Below, one piece after another: positions 1-13,200 of a stretch of DNA of 64,000 bases (position 1 is the stretch's first letter; each line of letters starts with the position of its first letter). Source of the stretch: Tubulanus polymorphus (Eukaryota; Animalia; Nemertea); assembly GCF_964204645.1 (NCBI RefSeq), contig NC_134028.1, forward strand, positions 2,790,001-2,854,000. Reading direction: 5' to 3'. The notes beneath the pieces are model-generated. The model was not told the origin of the DNA and made no database searches. It was given only the letters and a program-made list of their open reading frames with translations. A program made the position numbers and the translations under genes.

Positions 1-732
1 CTCTTCTATTCTATTGATCCCAAGATTTAATGCGAAAAAAAATTGTAATATTTAAGAATTTGTTTTCAATATGGGTTATTTGATTAAATGGAAGGAAAGA
101 GGGGAAAACGAGTTAAAAATTTGATTGAAAAAATTCCTTTTGTCCTTCCAATTTTTTCTCCAAAAAGTTACGTACACCATGTTATTAAAAATTATTAAAA
201 ATGCACCAGTTTGCAAACGCTTTATAATGCTAACGTTTTTCTATTGACGCTAAATGACACTATAAATCAATTTAGGCCTTGGTCAGTCATCCAGTTGCGT
301 GTTGTCTGTACCAGCTGGTAAAAATGCGCCACAAAATTAACCCACACGGGATCGAACTGGTTCATATCTGTAAATGCGAATATGGCTCGTTCAGTTCGGT
401 CAAACCTCGTACAATTAGGTTTCATTCTCGATATACGTCTACAGAGAATGTTCAATTAATTACCGACCCGTGCTTCATGTGTAATAAACTATCGGTTATG
501 AATAATGCACAGTTAATTTTAATCCCCTTAAAGTTTTTTGTTTAATGACTGTATCAGGTAGCCCCACCCTTCTATTTCAATCATCCTCGTTAAGCGTAGC
601 ATTTATAGAAAGCATTTATATGGTATATCTGTCGGATGGAATAGAAAGAATTTGCGTCAAACGCAGTAGATTTAATCTACATTTTTAGTATAAGATGAAT
701 AGCCGTCATATTGTTGTGGCATTTTCTTTTGT

Positions 733-752
733 TGCTGCTGCTGCTGCTGCTG
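733..752. repeat. (GCT)n microsatellite
   Basis: Direct reading of tgctgctgctgctgctgctg in an intron. Confidence 0.9.
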
Positions 753-1715
753 CATTTTTTCATTTAACGAAATAGAAAATGAAAAGCAAAAATTTATGGT
801 ATTCATCGTACACTCCGGTGAAAATCAATCATATCGTCAAGAGCTTCGCGACGAGAAATAAAAAACCATTTCACGAATTTCATCATCAAATATTTAAAGC
901 TATATTTGCTGATCATTGCGAGACAACATGATTTATTTATTTATTATCAACTATGCGTTCAGTAAATGATGTCGCGCAAACTGCTGAAATAATTGGAAAC
1001 TGACAAAAAAATGTACAGCCTCTGTATTAATGAAAATAGGTTCATCTATTATATGTACTTTAAATGTAACACTGCATCACGATGGGTTTAAGAAAGGGTT
1101 TGTACTAGTCCTGACAATCCTGGAATAGTTATCGAAATCAGTTTATACTTTTTTGATGAATTGAAAGTTGATATCTATCTTGTGTAAGGCTCTTTGAAAT
1201 TCTGGGCTGAATTTTGCAATTTGATCGCCGCCTCTAACAGTGTCCCTTCGAATCCTCCTTCTAAATGGAAAATGCTTGTGAAGGTGCTTCAAACTCCTTT
1301 GATTTGAGCAAAATCTTCTTTAAAACTCCTGCGATTTTGAGAATTGTCAATGAGATATTCAAATAGTTGTACAGTAGACTATGCCTAAATCAGTACAGTT
1401 GAAACCAGGATCTTTTTTTTACGTTAATAGGTGGTTACCGATTGTTTATAAAAATAGTTTAGTTGCATATAAGGATACAAATTTGCTTACAAAACCACTG
1501 AATCGACAGTTTACTGAGATTTAAGGTACCGATTTACAATGAATCAGCAGTAATTGGAATACGAAAGTGATGCAGTCGCTTTGAAACGCTTTATTTGATG
1601 CAGACGAAATTTGAAATTTTCTCTTAAAATCCTTATATCCAGGAACGATCTGTTGTTGTTTAGAAAATTGCGAAATATTTGAATCTGAAATATGATATGT
1701 TTTGAATTGTTTCAG

Positions 1716-2165
1716 TGGCAGAGGTTAGACATGACAGCCGTCGAGAGACGAAAAGTATTCTGTTCGGTGACTTTCCACATAATTGCTGTGACATGTGTAA
1801 TATGGTCGTTGTACGTGCTAATTGACCGCACGACCGAGGAAATCAAAGCTGGCATCTTAGAGTGGCCGTTCTGGACAAAACTAATTGTCGTTGCTATTGG
1901 ATTTACTGGTGGACTAGTATTCATGTATGTGCAGTGTAAAATGTACATGCAGCTATGTCGAAGGTGGAGGGCGTATAATAGAGTTATATATATTGAAAAC
2001 TGTCCTGAAGGTACAAAGCCTGCTGCAAACGATCATACCGTGGACTTCCTGAAGAAGATCGCCGCATCGCCTGCCGCTGCCGCCGCCGGTGGTGGTGTCG
2101 GGGGCGCCACTGCTGCGGCGGATCAATCTGTAGATATACACGTACAAGAATCTGAAATTGTATAG
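1716..2165 (+). CDS. MARCHF8: Terminal coding exon of a MARCHF1/MARCHF8-like membrane RING-CH E3 ubiquitin ligase (two TM segments + C-tail; RING exon upstream of window)
   Basis: Acceptor ttcag ends at 1715. Translation [39 protein letters not shown]...[29 protein letters not shown]...AYNRVIY closely matches the MARCH1/8 TM1-loop-TM2 region. Stop TAG at 2163-2165. MARCHF1 and MARCHF8 cannot be distinguished. Confidence 0.93.
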   Translation, partial: WQRLDMTAVERRKVFCSVTFHIIAVTCVIWSLYVLIDRTTEEIKAGILEWPFWTKLIVVAIGFTGGLVFMYVQCKMYMQLCRRWRAYNRVIYIENCPEGTKPAANDHTVDFLKKIAASPAAAAAGGGVGGATAAADQSVDIHVQESEIV

Positions 2166-5100
2166 TCGCTTGGAAAATGTGTAAATACCTGAAATGAAGA
2201 AAAGATGATGAATTGATGTGTTCCTCACTTGCCGGGGCAGCAATGCGAGGATCTATGCCACATACTGTACTAACTGTGATTCTATGATATTATTTTCATA
2301 TTACTGATTTTCTAATATGAGTTCTTAATGAGAACAAAGATGATTTTCGCAATTTTCCTGAACTGTTTCATTATCGAGTTAGATTGTGGTATTTTATGGG
2401 TTTGTTTTGCGCTCGGGTGACTAGCCTATCTGAATATATCTCGACTCGGAATATTTTCCTATTTATTGAATGCTTGCTGAATTTCTACCACATGGTGATA
2501 TGTTACAAATTGAACATTTTACCATAAATTCTCGAAAAATAACATCTACGGCATATTCTCCTCGAAGGGTTTGTGTAAATACGTGCAATCTTAGAATATT
2601 ATAAGAATATGGATATATACGTCAAACAGGCTGTTGCCACTCCGCACAACCCCAGATGTCTAGATAGTTATGCCTAGAAATATTAAATTATGGTTCGGTA
2701 CATAAACAATTGATTTTGGTATGATTGGATACCTTTGGTACCTAGAAATATCTAGTTATAGAAAATACCTATTTTCTGTGAATGTTTCATTGTTCAATGT
2801 TGAATAACTTAAAAAAGATAGTTCTGTTTATGGTCACCTGGAGTGATATTTCATGTATTAATACTAAATTAATTGATTATCGACTGCTGTTGCTATTAGA
2901 TGGTAATTTATTCTCGTATTGCTGATGACACTCCTCAGTTCCTCCACCTGCTCTGCATAAAATCAACCACAATCATATCGGTAATGACATTAGCCGTATT
3001 TGAATATTCTTGCTGAATTCGATACTTCGTATTAGAAATATTATCTCGCAGTGGCCTAAACGATGGTTATATTTGTAGAATATTGATTTTTTTCACACTA
3101 TATTTTCAATATTTGTTGAATCGAGGCAGGTAGAATTTTTAACTCGATATATCCAGACATCCCTAGTATTGGCACGCATCTCGTAACCACAAACTATGGA
3201 CGACCAAAACATTCCAGTCATTCGTGCGGGATATTATCGAATCAAATTTTCTCGGTACAAAAAAAGTAATTTTTGTTTTATCAAAATGAATTGTTACATC
3301 AGAGTTTGTTATGGCGGGGGTCTACTATATTTATCTTGGATGATAGATTGTATCTACAAATGCTTGGACAAAGAGTAGATTAAACTATAGACGCCAGGGT
3401 TTATATATGGTACAGGTATAAATAGATTAAGGTGTGCCATCTAGTTATAATGATACTGCTGTTAGCCATGCATATGTCTCTTTATTTCTGGCCAGGTATA
3501 CCTGCTATTTATCTCTATATCTCGCTTTCTCTTTTATGAAGTATAAAACACTTAATAATCAGGTAACAATATCCGTACTTTCTTACCCTGGAGGCGACAT
3601 CGGCGTAGAGGCAGTTACAGGGAATCATTTTTAGATTTTAGACAGTTGTATTCATTGAAGAACGTTTAATCCGCGATAGAAGGATGAAATCGTAAAATGT
3701 GACAATCTTTCACATCTACATGAAAATGCTTCCGATAATTGCAAAACTCTTTTCGGGACAAGCTCATCTAATTGCAGGTCTAGTTGACTTTTTAAGGGTA
3801 TTTCTCAATCCGATGTTATGGACAAACCTGAATGTTATTCGTGGTCTTAGAATTAGTTAAAATCCCAAAAAATGTCAAAAAGGTATTTATTCAAATGATT
3901 TTATTTTTAAGTAAAAATGACTTCCTATTTTTTCAGCAGTAATGTTAGTTACAATGTGCAGAATATCGCCCGTGTTATACTCTGTATACGCTTATGTGTA
4001 TTGAAAAACTGTAGTCGCCGTTTTAAGACATTGTGTAAATATGGATCATTATTCAATGATATTATTACAAAATCAATATTGTTATAATTATCATTCAGAT
4101 AAAGTCGTAGTTTTATAAGAAGTGCATATAGTTGACAAGTGTGTATAAAATTCTAAAAGAAACTGTTGAATTTTGAGCGTTTGAAAAAAATAGATGCGAA
4201 CGAGTCTTTTAAACATCACCATTGATTTTGCTGTGTTTCATTTTGTATCGTTCGCCGTCGAATGTATGTAGGTGAAATTTCCTCGGACGACGTTTTTGTT
4301 TCGGAATTGGTTTCGATTGTAGTTATTGAATCGACTTTCAATTTTCAACAACCTCACTGCACTTACGGGTGCACGTGTAGCATACAGATTTTGCGAGTAC
4401 CACTTTCGCAGACATTTCCGATACATTGTGCAGACATTCGAGTTTTTTATTGACCAACAGGTTTGAACGTGAAGCAGAATTTTATCGGATATGTATTAGA
4501 ATATAAAATGTCTGTATGCAGTAATTGTACGCATGAATTATTATGTAGACTGACTTAAATTCAAACACGGAATTAATGACGCTCATTCACTGGGAAAACA
4601 CAAAATATAAGTCGCTTCAGATTCTTCTTAATGTCAGAATGATGCAATTTTGTTTTAAGACTTTTTGAAGCGTAACTGATAAACTTGATCACAAAAGGCA
4701 ATGTTCGATTTTCTGAGTCTTGATGAAAATGATAATTACTTCATATGCCGTTGTCGAAAATATTTTTGTGAACCTAGAATTGGTTTAATCAGCAACCGGT
4801 CTCGTGGTATGGTTACTAGAACAGAAATGCTCGTCGAATTGTCCGTGGAAGCAAAATTTGTTTGTATTTTCCTATGACAAGGTTATCCACTAAACGTAAT
4901 ACAAGCTGCAAGGGAAGTATATTGACAGAACTCTTCACGATCGGAACGTAGATGTTTTTTACTACTTAATTGTTGCTGATAAATTTTTCATTTAGTTTTA
5001 CTGTCTATTGTCTGTACACCTACGGCCCTGGCCCCCAGGGATACGAGCTTCGTTTTCTAATGGTGCTGCCCCCTCTGAATAGAAAATAGAACTAAAATAT

Positions 5101-5191
5101 AGTAAAGGCAGGTTTTGATTGAATGTATTCTGATTTATGAAATATCAATTCGCAGATTACAAACTCAACCGAACGCTTCTAATTCAGATTA

Positions 5192-5457
5192 CAGGACTGT
5201 GCCAAGCTTTTTTGAGGGGCAGATCTATTTCAAGACAAACGGCACTTTTTCACCATGAGAATCGGCACATTCCTATTGAAAAAGGACAGATCTTGAATAG
5301 GATCCCTTCAGAACCTGAATAAATCATTTGAGAATAGATTACTTGAAAAATATGAAAATTTCATTCCAAATTTGTTGACTCTATGACTTTTTGAAGGGCA
5401 CTTTCAAAATGATAGGGGGTTCGTTTGCTACCCCTAAACACCCTTGACACAGACCTG
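5192..5457. mobile_element. MITE with CAGG...CCTG termini and 5-bp TSD GATTA
   Basis: Left end caggactgtgccaag vs reverse complement of right end caggtctgtgtcaag (13/15); gatta lies immediately outside both ends. Confidence 0.7.
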
Positions 5458-5944
5458 GATTACACTATTCAGGAATAAATGAAATGAATGCGCCAGAAGA
5501 GTAATCCTGGAATCAAACCAATCGAAACCTGCCTCTGTTTTCATTGTAGTTTCAAGTTGTGATTGTGAACCTCTATTATGAATTTGTATCTTTATTGTTT
5601 TGAGTCTAGTCTATTATCGTGGGTTTCAATCTACTCTGATAAGTATGTTTAGTAATGCGAGTGAGATGTGTTTAAAGCTATCTCACATTTATTCGATGTT
5701 GATATAGTCTCAATAGCCAGTGATGCTAACTGTGAAATTGGCTGTGAAACTGGACCAGGGTGTGCGTAATGGTAATCTTTGACATTTCGTGATCTTTACG
5801 TCACACTTCTCGGAAGTGAATGCGAAAGTAAGCCATCATAACACGTTAACCTATTGGAAGGATTAACAATTCATTGTAGAATCTCTTGAAGAACGACGGG
5901 ATAGTGCAAACATGTTGCTGTTTTCTTCAAAACTGTGTTTATTA

Positions 5945-6164
5945 GGCCAAAAAAAATTGATACCTTGTTTCTCCGCTCTGCTGAGCTTAAATGTTGACCC
6001 GGCCGGCCGCCTATCTACCCTATACATTACTTTTTTTAAAGTCATGATCAATTTCACCATAACAGACCCGGCCGCTATAGAAATGAACTGTGTATGAATT
6101 TTATCATATTTTACAAAAATGACCCGACCGCTGCGGAGAAACAAGGTATCATTTTTGTTTAGCC
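5945..6164. mobile_element. PIF/Harbinger (Tourist-like) MITE
   Basis: ~32-bp TIRs ggccaaaaaaaattgataccttgtttctccgc / gcggagaaacaaggtatcatttttgtttagcc; TTA on both sides (5942-5944, 6165-6167); internal gacccgg/gacccga repeats. Confidence 0.82.
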
Positions 6165-6867
6165 TTATAGTCACACTTATTGCGTCCATATAGTTTTGTC
6201 ATTGCATATATTTATTCATTTATTTATTTATTGATGTAATTATCAAAAACTTTCTCATGATTTGGTTTTTGTTCTGGCAATAAAAATCCAAATTTCATTA
6301 CGGTTTTTGATTTCATGTAGGGTTTTAATGCAGACTATGCGTCTCTCTCTGTGTTTGTCCTGTGACGTACAGGGGAAATGTGATGATTATAACTTTGTTC
6401 ATGTAAATTCTTCAAATTATGAAACATGTCCCCTTTCTGTGAATGATCCATTGCTCTGTATATCAATAACCCAGTGATTGATACCTAGTCCTTAAGATGT
6501 TTCTGTTTTGTTATTATCTGTGAAGTTATTTATTAACTAGTTACATTCGTATTAAAGGACTAGATATCAATTATGCGTGGTCTGCTCTGTTAGTGATATG
6601 AGTTCATACTCCGACAATTCTTCCTTGTTGTCAAAAGTCAAATGTCTTTATGGTTGTTTCATATAATACAATAAATAAAATTATTGATAGTAAAAATTCA
6701 ATCTTGAGTATTTATTTTTTAATTCCCTTCCTTTTCTTTTGTTGGAAAGTTAGTGATAAATTTGGAAGTTTCATTTCCTTTGAACGTCACTCCCGGGACA
6801 GTTTTCTTTACTATGATAACACGCGATTTATTGTGAGTGATTGTCAAATATCTGAAGTCGTAGTAAA

Positions 6868-6956
6868 TGACGTCATCAGCCATTCATAAAATTGTCCCAT
6901 TCATGCCGCGAGCGTAGCGTGTAGTACCTCCAAATATGGAAGTATGGATGACGTCA
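6868..6956 (+). promoter_or_regulatory. Proximal promoter of PDZ-LIM gene: CRE (6868-6875), CArG box (6930-6939), CRE (6949-6956)
   Basis: Two perfect TGACGTCA palindromes bracket CCAAATATGG, 160-250 bp upstream of the ATG; E-box CAGCTG at 7021. Confidence 0.7.
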
Positions 6957-7116
6957 TTACGCGAGTTGAGGAATTTCCACCAGATGGCGTAGGAGTAGTG
7001 ATTGTAATGAATGAATGAATCAGCTGGGGTTGGGCTGTTCCGCATCGTATCGTCGTGTATAAACTTCGTTAACTTTCGATAACTTTTCATTTATTCGGTT
7101 TTTCAAACGCGTCGAC

Positions 7117-7230
7117 ATGTCGGCCGGAATGCAGATAAGTGCTAAGTTAGACCGTACGGATTCGAGCACACCGTGGGGATTTCGATTACAAGGCGGAAAG
7201 GATTTCAGTAGACCATTAACTATACAACGG
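7117..7230 (+). CDS. Zasp: PDZ-LIM exon 1 (PDZ N-half)
   Basis: MSAGMQISAKLDRTDSSTPWGFRLQGGKDFSRPLTIQR|gtacgt, phase 0. Confidence 0.95.
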
Positions 7231-10200
7231 GTACGTTATTCTCTAGTCTATATCAATTTAAATTTGAATTTATTGATGAAACGGCAATCATATACTCAAT
7301 CACTCGCTTGATGTGTGTGATGCCTCAATACTTGAACTGTAGGCTCCAGTGGCCTTCGCATCTTTTTGGAAAATCATATGATGCCTGGAACGAAAATTTG
7401 AGTTAGAAGATTCTTACTAATGATTCTGAGTTCAAACTAAACTTAAAGGACGGGCGACAAGGAGAGGGTTAAGACTACTGAAGAGCTAAAACTGCCAATA
7501 ACCTGTTCTGATTTTGTGTGACTCATAAAACTCATATAAATAGATAGCTGATATCCAATCTCAAGTACCGGACTTCACAAACATTGTTAGTTTGACCTAA
7601 GTATATATTATTCTAGGACAAAGTTATTTGACATTATTGGTGTCCTTATTTGTGCAATTATGTTACATACCCCGGTATGGCTACTGTTCAGAGCCTGAAT
7701 GGGACACTTCTCTGAAAGTGCCATTTCAACTCCTGGCAGGGAGGCACAGAGACTAGATCCCACAGGAGAAAGAACGACTCATGACATGTTCCCAAAACTG
7801 TTAGAGTGCCTGACAGATTTTTCTGTTAAAAGAATTAATCAGATACCTCTCCATGCCTACCGGTATATAAAATCATGCATTAGTCCTAACTGCCATAAAT
7901 TAAACGTTAACAATATGCGCAAAATCCAGCTGTCAAATACCCAGGGATCTGGCGCTGAATTTATTGGTATAAAACGATTTAATGTTAAATAGGCCTTTAT
8001 GAAATCTGATCTACAGTATTTTGTTAACAGCATTATTGATAGAATTATTAATTTTTCGTCTGTCTAACAGACGGACTGTTTTAACCTCTCGTCAACAGAT
8101 GTGAAACAAATTAATGATTCAAGCCCCGCATATATCTCCTCCCAGAACCTAGGCCTATACATACATTATGTAATTATGTATGCTGAACATTGCTTTTGAC
8201 TCATGAACTGTCAGCCTGGCCTCCGGGTTCAGGCCTTTACCGTTTTAAGTGGTGATACTTCACTTACATAAGATCCTATTGTATGCATGGAATGCGTCTT
8301 TAGATAGTTATTGAAAATATTTTTTTTCACTATCAGTCATTGTTAGGCTACATGTACTTCAGTCATTTCTATCAGTCACCCTTCACATTTCTATTAAGGT
8401 TTCGATTTTCCTCTTGATTCTGGGACTCAGCTCTAGCCTACTAGGAATGAGTTGTTTTCTGAATCAAATTTCAAATAAGTACTTTGGACCAAATATGGAT
8501 TCCAGACAAAGTTAACCTACATTAGGAATATGCCACAAAACCGCTGAGAAGAAAAGTTTGAGTGAATGAGTATTTTATGGGGTTTTTTTATTCCAGGTAA
8601 CACCGGGTAGTTTAGCGGATAAATGTGGATTAAAGGCTGGAGATGTGGTCGCTAAGATATCTGGTGTCGACACGACGAGTGTGTTTCATAAAGAGGCTCA
8701 ACAAGCTGTGATTAATAGTGGAAATTATCTAGAACTCGTCTTGCAGAGGTACGGGTTTAAAATCTTTGACTAAATGATTTATATTAAGTTTGGGTTAACA
8801 TTCAGTCTCCTGCTTTAAAAGGAGTTAAGCTAAACAGAACTCCCAACTTGTCCATCCGGTCAGTGGCTTCAAATCTAGGCTGTCCAGGAGTTCCCAACGC
8901 ACCTGGGGGAAATGGCTGGTCCTAAATGGCTGTAAACTGAAAGAAGGAAACAGCTATTAGAAATATATTTCAGTCACAATCTTCCCCCCTTTTTTTAAAG
9001 CATTTCCCCATTAAATACAGATAGAAGGAAATTGCTTATCATAAGCGGAAGTATCCTCAATAGTTTTGATAGTTAATAGAACTGTTCAAATATTTCTCAA
9101 GCTGATCATTGAATGATCACGCAATATAATATAAGGCCTGTATCGTGACTGTTCTTCTATCACACAATGTACCGTGACAGAGGTTAGAAAAAAGTACGTT
9201 CTATTCGATCTAGGTTTTGTAACTCGTACTACAAACGGACTATTGATGGGAAATTTGTGATATTAACCTGAATAAAGCTCTATAAAGCCTACACATAGTT
9301 ACCTGTTCTTTAATACACAGTATAGACAACCTATTACTCGTTTATTTGTGCTCGTCCCAGCGCATTTAAAAGCACATTTGTACTGTATATCAAGTATTCA
9401 AACATTTGGTTATACCGAAATTGTCTGATCGATGTCAGAATATAACTGGTTATATGTCTAGTATGTAATGCCTCTATTCCTAAAATTTGTAATATGAACT
9501 TTGGCATTTTCTTCTAACGTTATTTATTAGGCTACTAAAAAAGCTTTCACCCTGAGGAATACCGATTGATAATTTCAATTTCAATTTATTCATCATAAAT
9601 CCAAAGTATAAGATTGTGAATGAAGAAAACAACGATAACAACAAACAGACAAAAAACAAAAATGTGTGACACAAAGATGTGCACTAACAGAAAAATAATA
9701 AAAGGAGAGAGAACTAATACAATGTCTAACATATATATATATACAATATTATTTAAGTGATATTTACAAGCCCATGATATATGAATTTCGCAATATTTAA
9801 GAAGATTGGTTTATTGGGATTAGTAAAGGCCGAAAGAAAAGTGTCTAGGTTTAGATTTACAATATCATATTTAGTTCTTAAATTATCCTGCAGTTTACAA
9901 TAAAAAAGAAAATGGGATTGATAAGATTTGGTTTGACGTATGTCATCTTTATAGTCAGAAGAGTTGACAGTGAAATAATGTCTGTGAATCTACTTCACAT
10001 AAAAGATGAGTAGTATAGGGTGTGTATTGAGACCTGTACGAAAGCCTATCATTGCTCATTGCGATATGAACTCGATGACTTCGCGTCTTCTTCAGCGGTG
10101 GCTAAAATTCAGATAAAATTTCATCGCAAATAGTTAGATAAGTTTCTCCCGAGAAATAGATTCGTGGTTTTTTTTATGTCGCTGATAAGAAAGAGATACC

Positions 10201-13200
10201 GAATGAATGGAGTTCTGATCGTTGATTTCAGCGCTCCCGACTCGGCGTATTATGCCCGCTTTTATCTACGCTATTGTGCGTATAAAAGATCCGTCGTTGC
10301 GTTATTGAGAACTGACTGACTGGAAGCCGCAGGGTTGTATTAACCTTCCAGGCCCTATAATACATATAGCTATAACGTGCCACCACGGTGTGGTGAAACA
10401 TTAAATGTTGGCGAAAGTTTTTCCATTCACCACCCATTGATGTAGGCACTTTGCTCGGTTGTATCTAGCGCTTGACTGATGCAGTCAATGTCAGTCAAAG
10501 CCAACAACTCTCCGATATACAGAAAACATCCGATCGCAACATTTACCTCTATATTAGTTTTTTGTGTTCATAAAGGTCGATATCTTCCCCGCAAAGGATA
10601 GAAATATTGCCTCGCTATAAAGCTGGGAAACCCCCCTGACTAGTAATGATCAGATTACCAATACAGCTTCAAACCAATCATGGAGAGACTCGAGCGATGC
10701 TAAAATGTTACCATAGCTATCCCTGAAAAGTGCAGTTTCTTGAAAAAATTTCGTGATTAAGTTGGCCTATAGGTATAACTGTACATTTATGCAATTCATA
10801 TACACTAATATATCACAAACAAACAGGTGGATTATATATAGATATTATATACAGTTTTCAGTAATTAACCCTCCCTCAGTAGTTGAGCCCCCTCTCTCTC
10901 TCTCTCCCTCTCTCTCACTGGCAGTCTGATACACAATCAGTGGTTTGTTTGTTACTCAGTGAGATGTGATATGAAAGAAACCGATGTATCATAGATAGAC
11001 TGACTGAAGGGCAATCCGAACGAAGAGCGAAGAATTCGTATCAGTTTCGGAAATATCAGTTCGAATTCGGGATCTATTATTTTTTCGGGTTTTTAGATAT
11101 ATATTAATTTTAAGATGTATCCTTTTCGTCGGTAAGTGTGATAACGTAACATTTTTAAGTAGCTTGAGTAGCCTTTTAAAATTGATTTTGTATTGAAATG
11201 TTCGAGGAATTTGTATGTTCATGATAAATTAATTGATAGAATATTCTGCTTTGAAAATCATTTCAAATTGTTGTTTAGAGAAATCCACGGCAAAATCGAG
11301 TTGAAGTTATCATTTTTTATTTTCTTGAAAAATGTAAAATTAAAATACAAAGACAATTTTGTGGTTTGATTCAAATGAAGCATATGTATTTTTTTGTTTA
11401 TATTTCAGGGGAGGTGCTTCGTCCTATTATGCTCCTGATTCATACAGCTATCCAACATTCTCAGAGGCAGCTCAGCCAAGTCCATATAGTTCACAAGTAA
11501 GTCCTCCGTGGTCATAGATACCTGGCATTCTGGGCGAATTCGACCTAGCATTGCCCGCTAAGGTACTTAACAATGCTTATTTCCGGTTAATGGGTACCGT
11601 TCATGTATATACCACAGTTTATTCTAGAGCGATAAGGTCTAACGATAAAATGGATCTCCGGGTGATTATGTTAGTAGGCCTATATTCCGGTGGTTATTAT
11701 CTTGTGTACGTGGAGATAAATTTTGTTTTTTTTTAAGTAACAATTTTAATTTGCTTTCAACAACTGTCGTCTGACCTTTTCAATTACCTAGCAAGATGAA
11801 TCGAGAAATAATAGTACATTGAATCTATGATTAGATTTAAAATGTCAGAAGTTTTTGTCTTTGAAATGAATTCTTCGATTTTGCCTAAGACTGCAGTCTG
11901 TTTTCAAAATGATTGATAACCAGTCATCTCTATACCCTCTGTTTAGTGAGTTGTAACACTGATGATACCTCCTCTCCACCTCCCTCTCTCTCTCTCTCTC
12001 TCCCTCTCTCTCCCTCTCCCTCTCCCTCTCCCTCTCCCTCTCCCTCTCTCTCTCCCTCTCTCTCTCTCTCCCTCCCTCTCTCTCTCCCCCTCTCTCCCGT
12101 ACAGGCCTCTGTGTGCTCGGATATACAGAAATTCCAGGTTTATCCTCAACTGCTATCTGTGTAAAACTGGTGTATGGTTTCGTTGTAGCAAATTTCATGT
12201 AAAATGTAATTCGTAGCAGCTGAAGTGGTTGTAGACTGAGAAAAAATTGTACACTTTTCCTAGAAAACTGACTAAATACTACCCTACATATGAAATATTA
12301 GACTTTATTTTCAAATTTCTGTAAACTGAATCTTACCGGCGATCGGACGTGAATCATTGCGAGCTTTCTCATTCCAGCCTAGATTAAGAAGCTTTGTTTG
12401 AAATATGAAGAATATCGAGCAAAATTTCTAACATTGCTTAATCTTGAAATGCAATATATAAGATACTATTGAAGTATCAATCGACGCTGTCTTTGAGAGT
12501 AACGTTTAATCTTAGTATGTCTAAACACCAAAAGGAAATTACTGCAATCCATCCTAATAAGATTGATAGTAAAGATCGCCAAAACACAAGGAAGTCCACA
12601 ATTTTCAGTTATGATTTCGAAAGCCTGTAAAATCTAGCCTATAGAACAAGCAATGGCAGGTGAGTTTGCTAGGTTTCTGCTGTTCTTGTATTTGCGTTTT
12701 CTTCATACAGCGGCTGTAGTGTACATATCATATATCACTGAACTGTATATAGATGGCCCCTGGAACGAGTAGTACGAACCTGAGAGAAATAAGAAGATCT
12801 TATACATAAATGCTGAATTTATCGCAATAGATTATATGCTATTTCGTCATATTCTTTGTAAGAAAATTTAGGAGAAGATTTGGCACATTGTTACCTCGGA
12901 CAAACTGGCTTGGCAGTGAATATTATTACTTATATATAAACATATCTTAAAAATCATTATGGAAAAAATGAATGTAGTTAAAAAAAAATTCATCAGAGTT
13001 CGTAAAGTTTAGAATTGTTTTAAATCTGATTGCGTATCTCGCTTATTTCGAGAGGTACTTCGTTCTCTCGAAAAATGATGACCACATTCTGTAAACATGT
13101 CTTTCTTACTTGAAATTTCCACTTCATCAATACAGAATCTTTATCTGACTGGATATCTGTGAGAACATCTTTTAGTCGTGTTCAATTCTGTTTTCTAAAA

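Larger units (their letters stand above)
2166..6700 (+). other. Probable long 3' UTR of the MARCHF gene
   Basis: No credible exons. AU/GU-rich sequence with overlapping AATAAA hexamers at ~6670-6679 followed by T-rich sequence, just before the next promoter. The end point is inferred. Confidence 0.4.

Noticed and set aside
3209-3216. miR-1 seed match ACATTCCA in the putative MARCHF 3' UTR
   Set aside because: A single 8-mer in several kb is compatible with chance without conservation data.
11845-12216. RE-, SP-, RG- and LP-repeat ORFs
   Set aside because: These are translations of the CT microsatellite in several frames.
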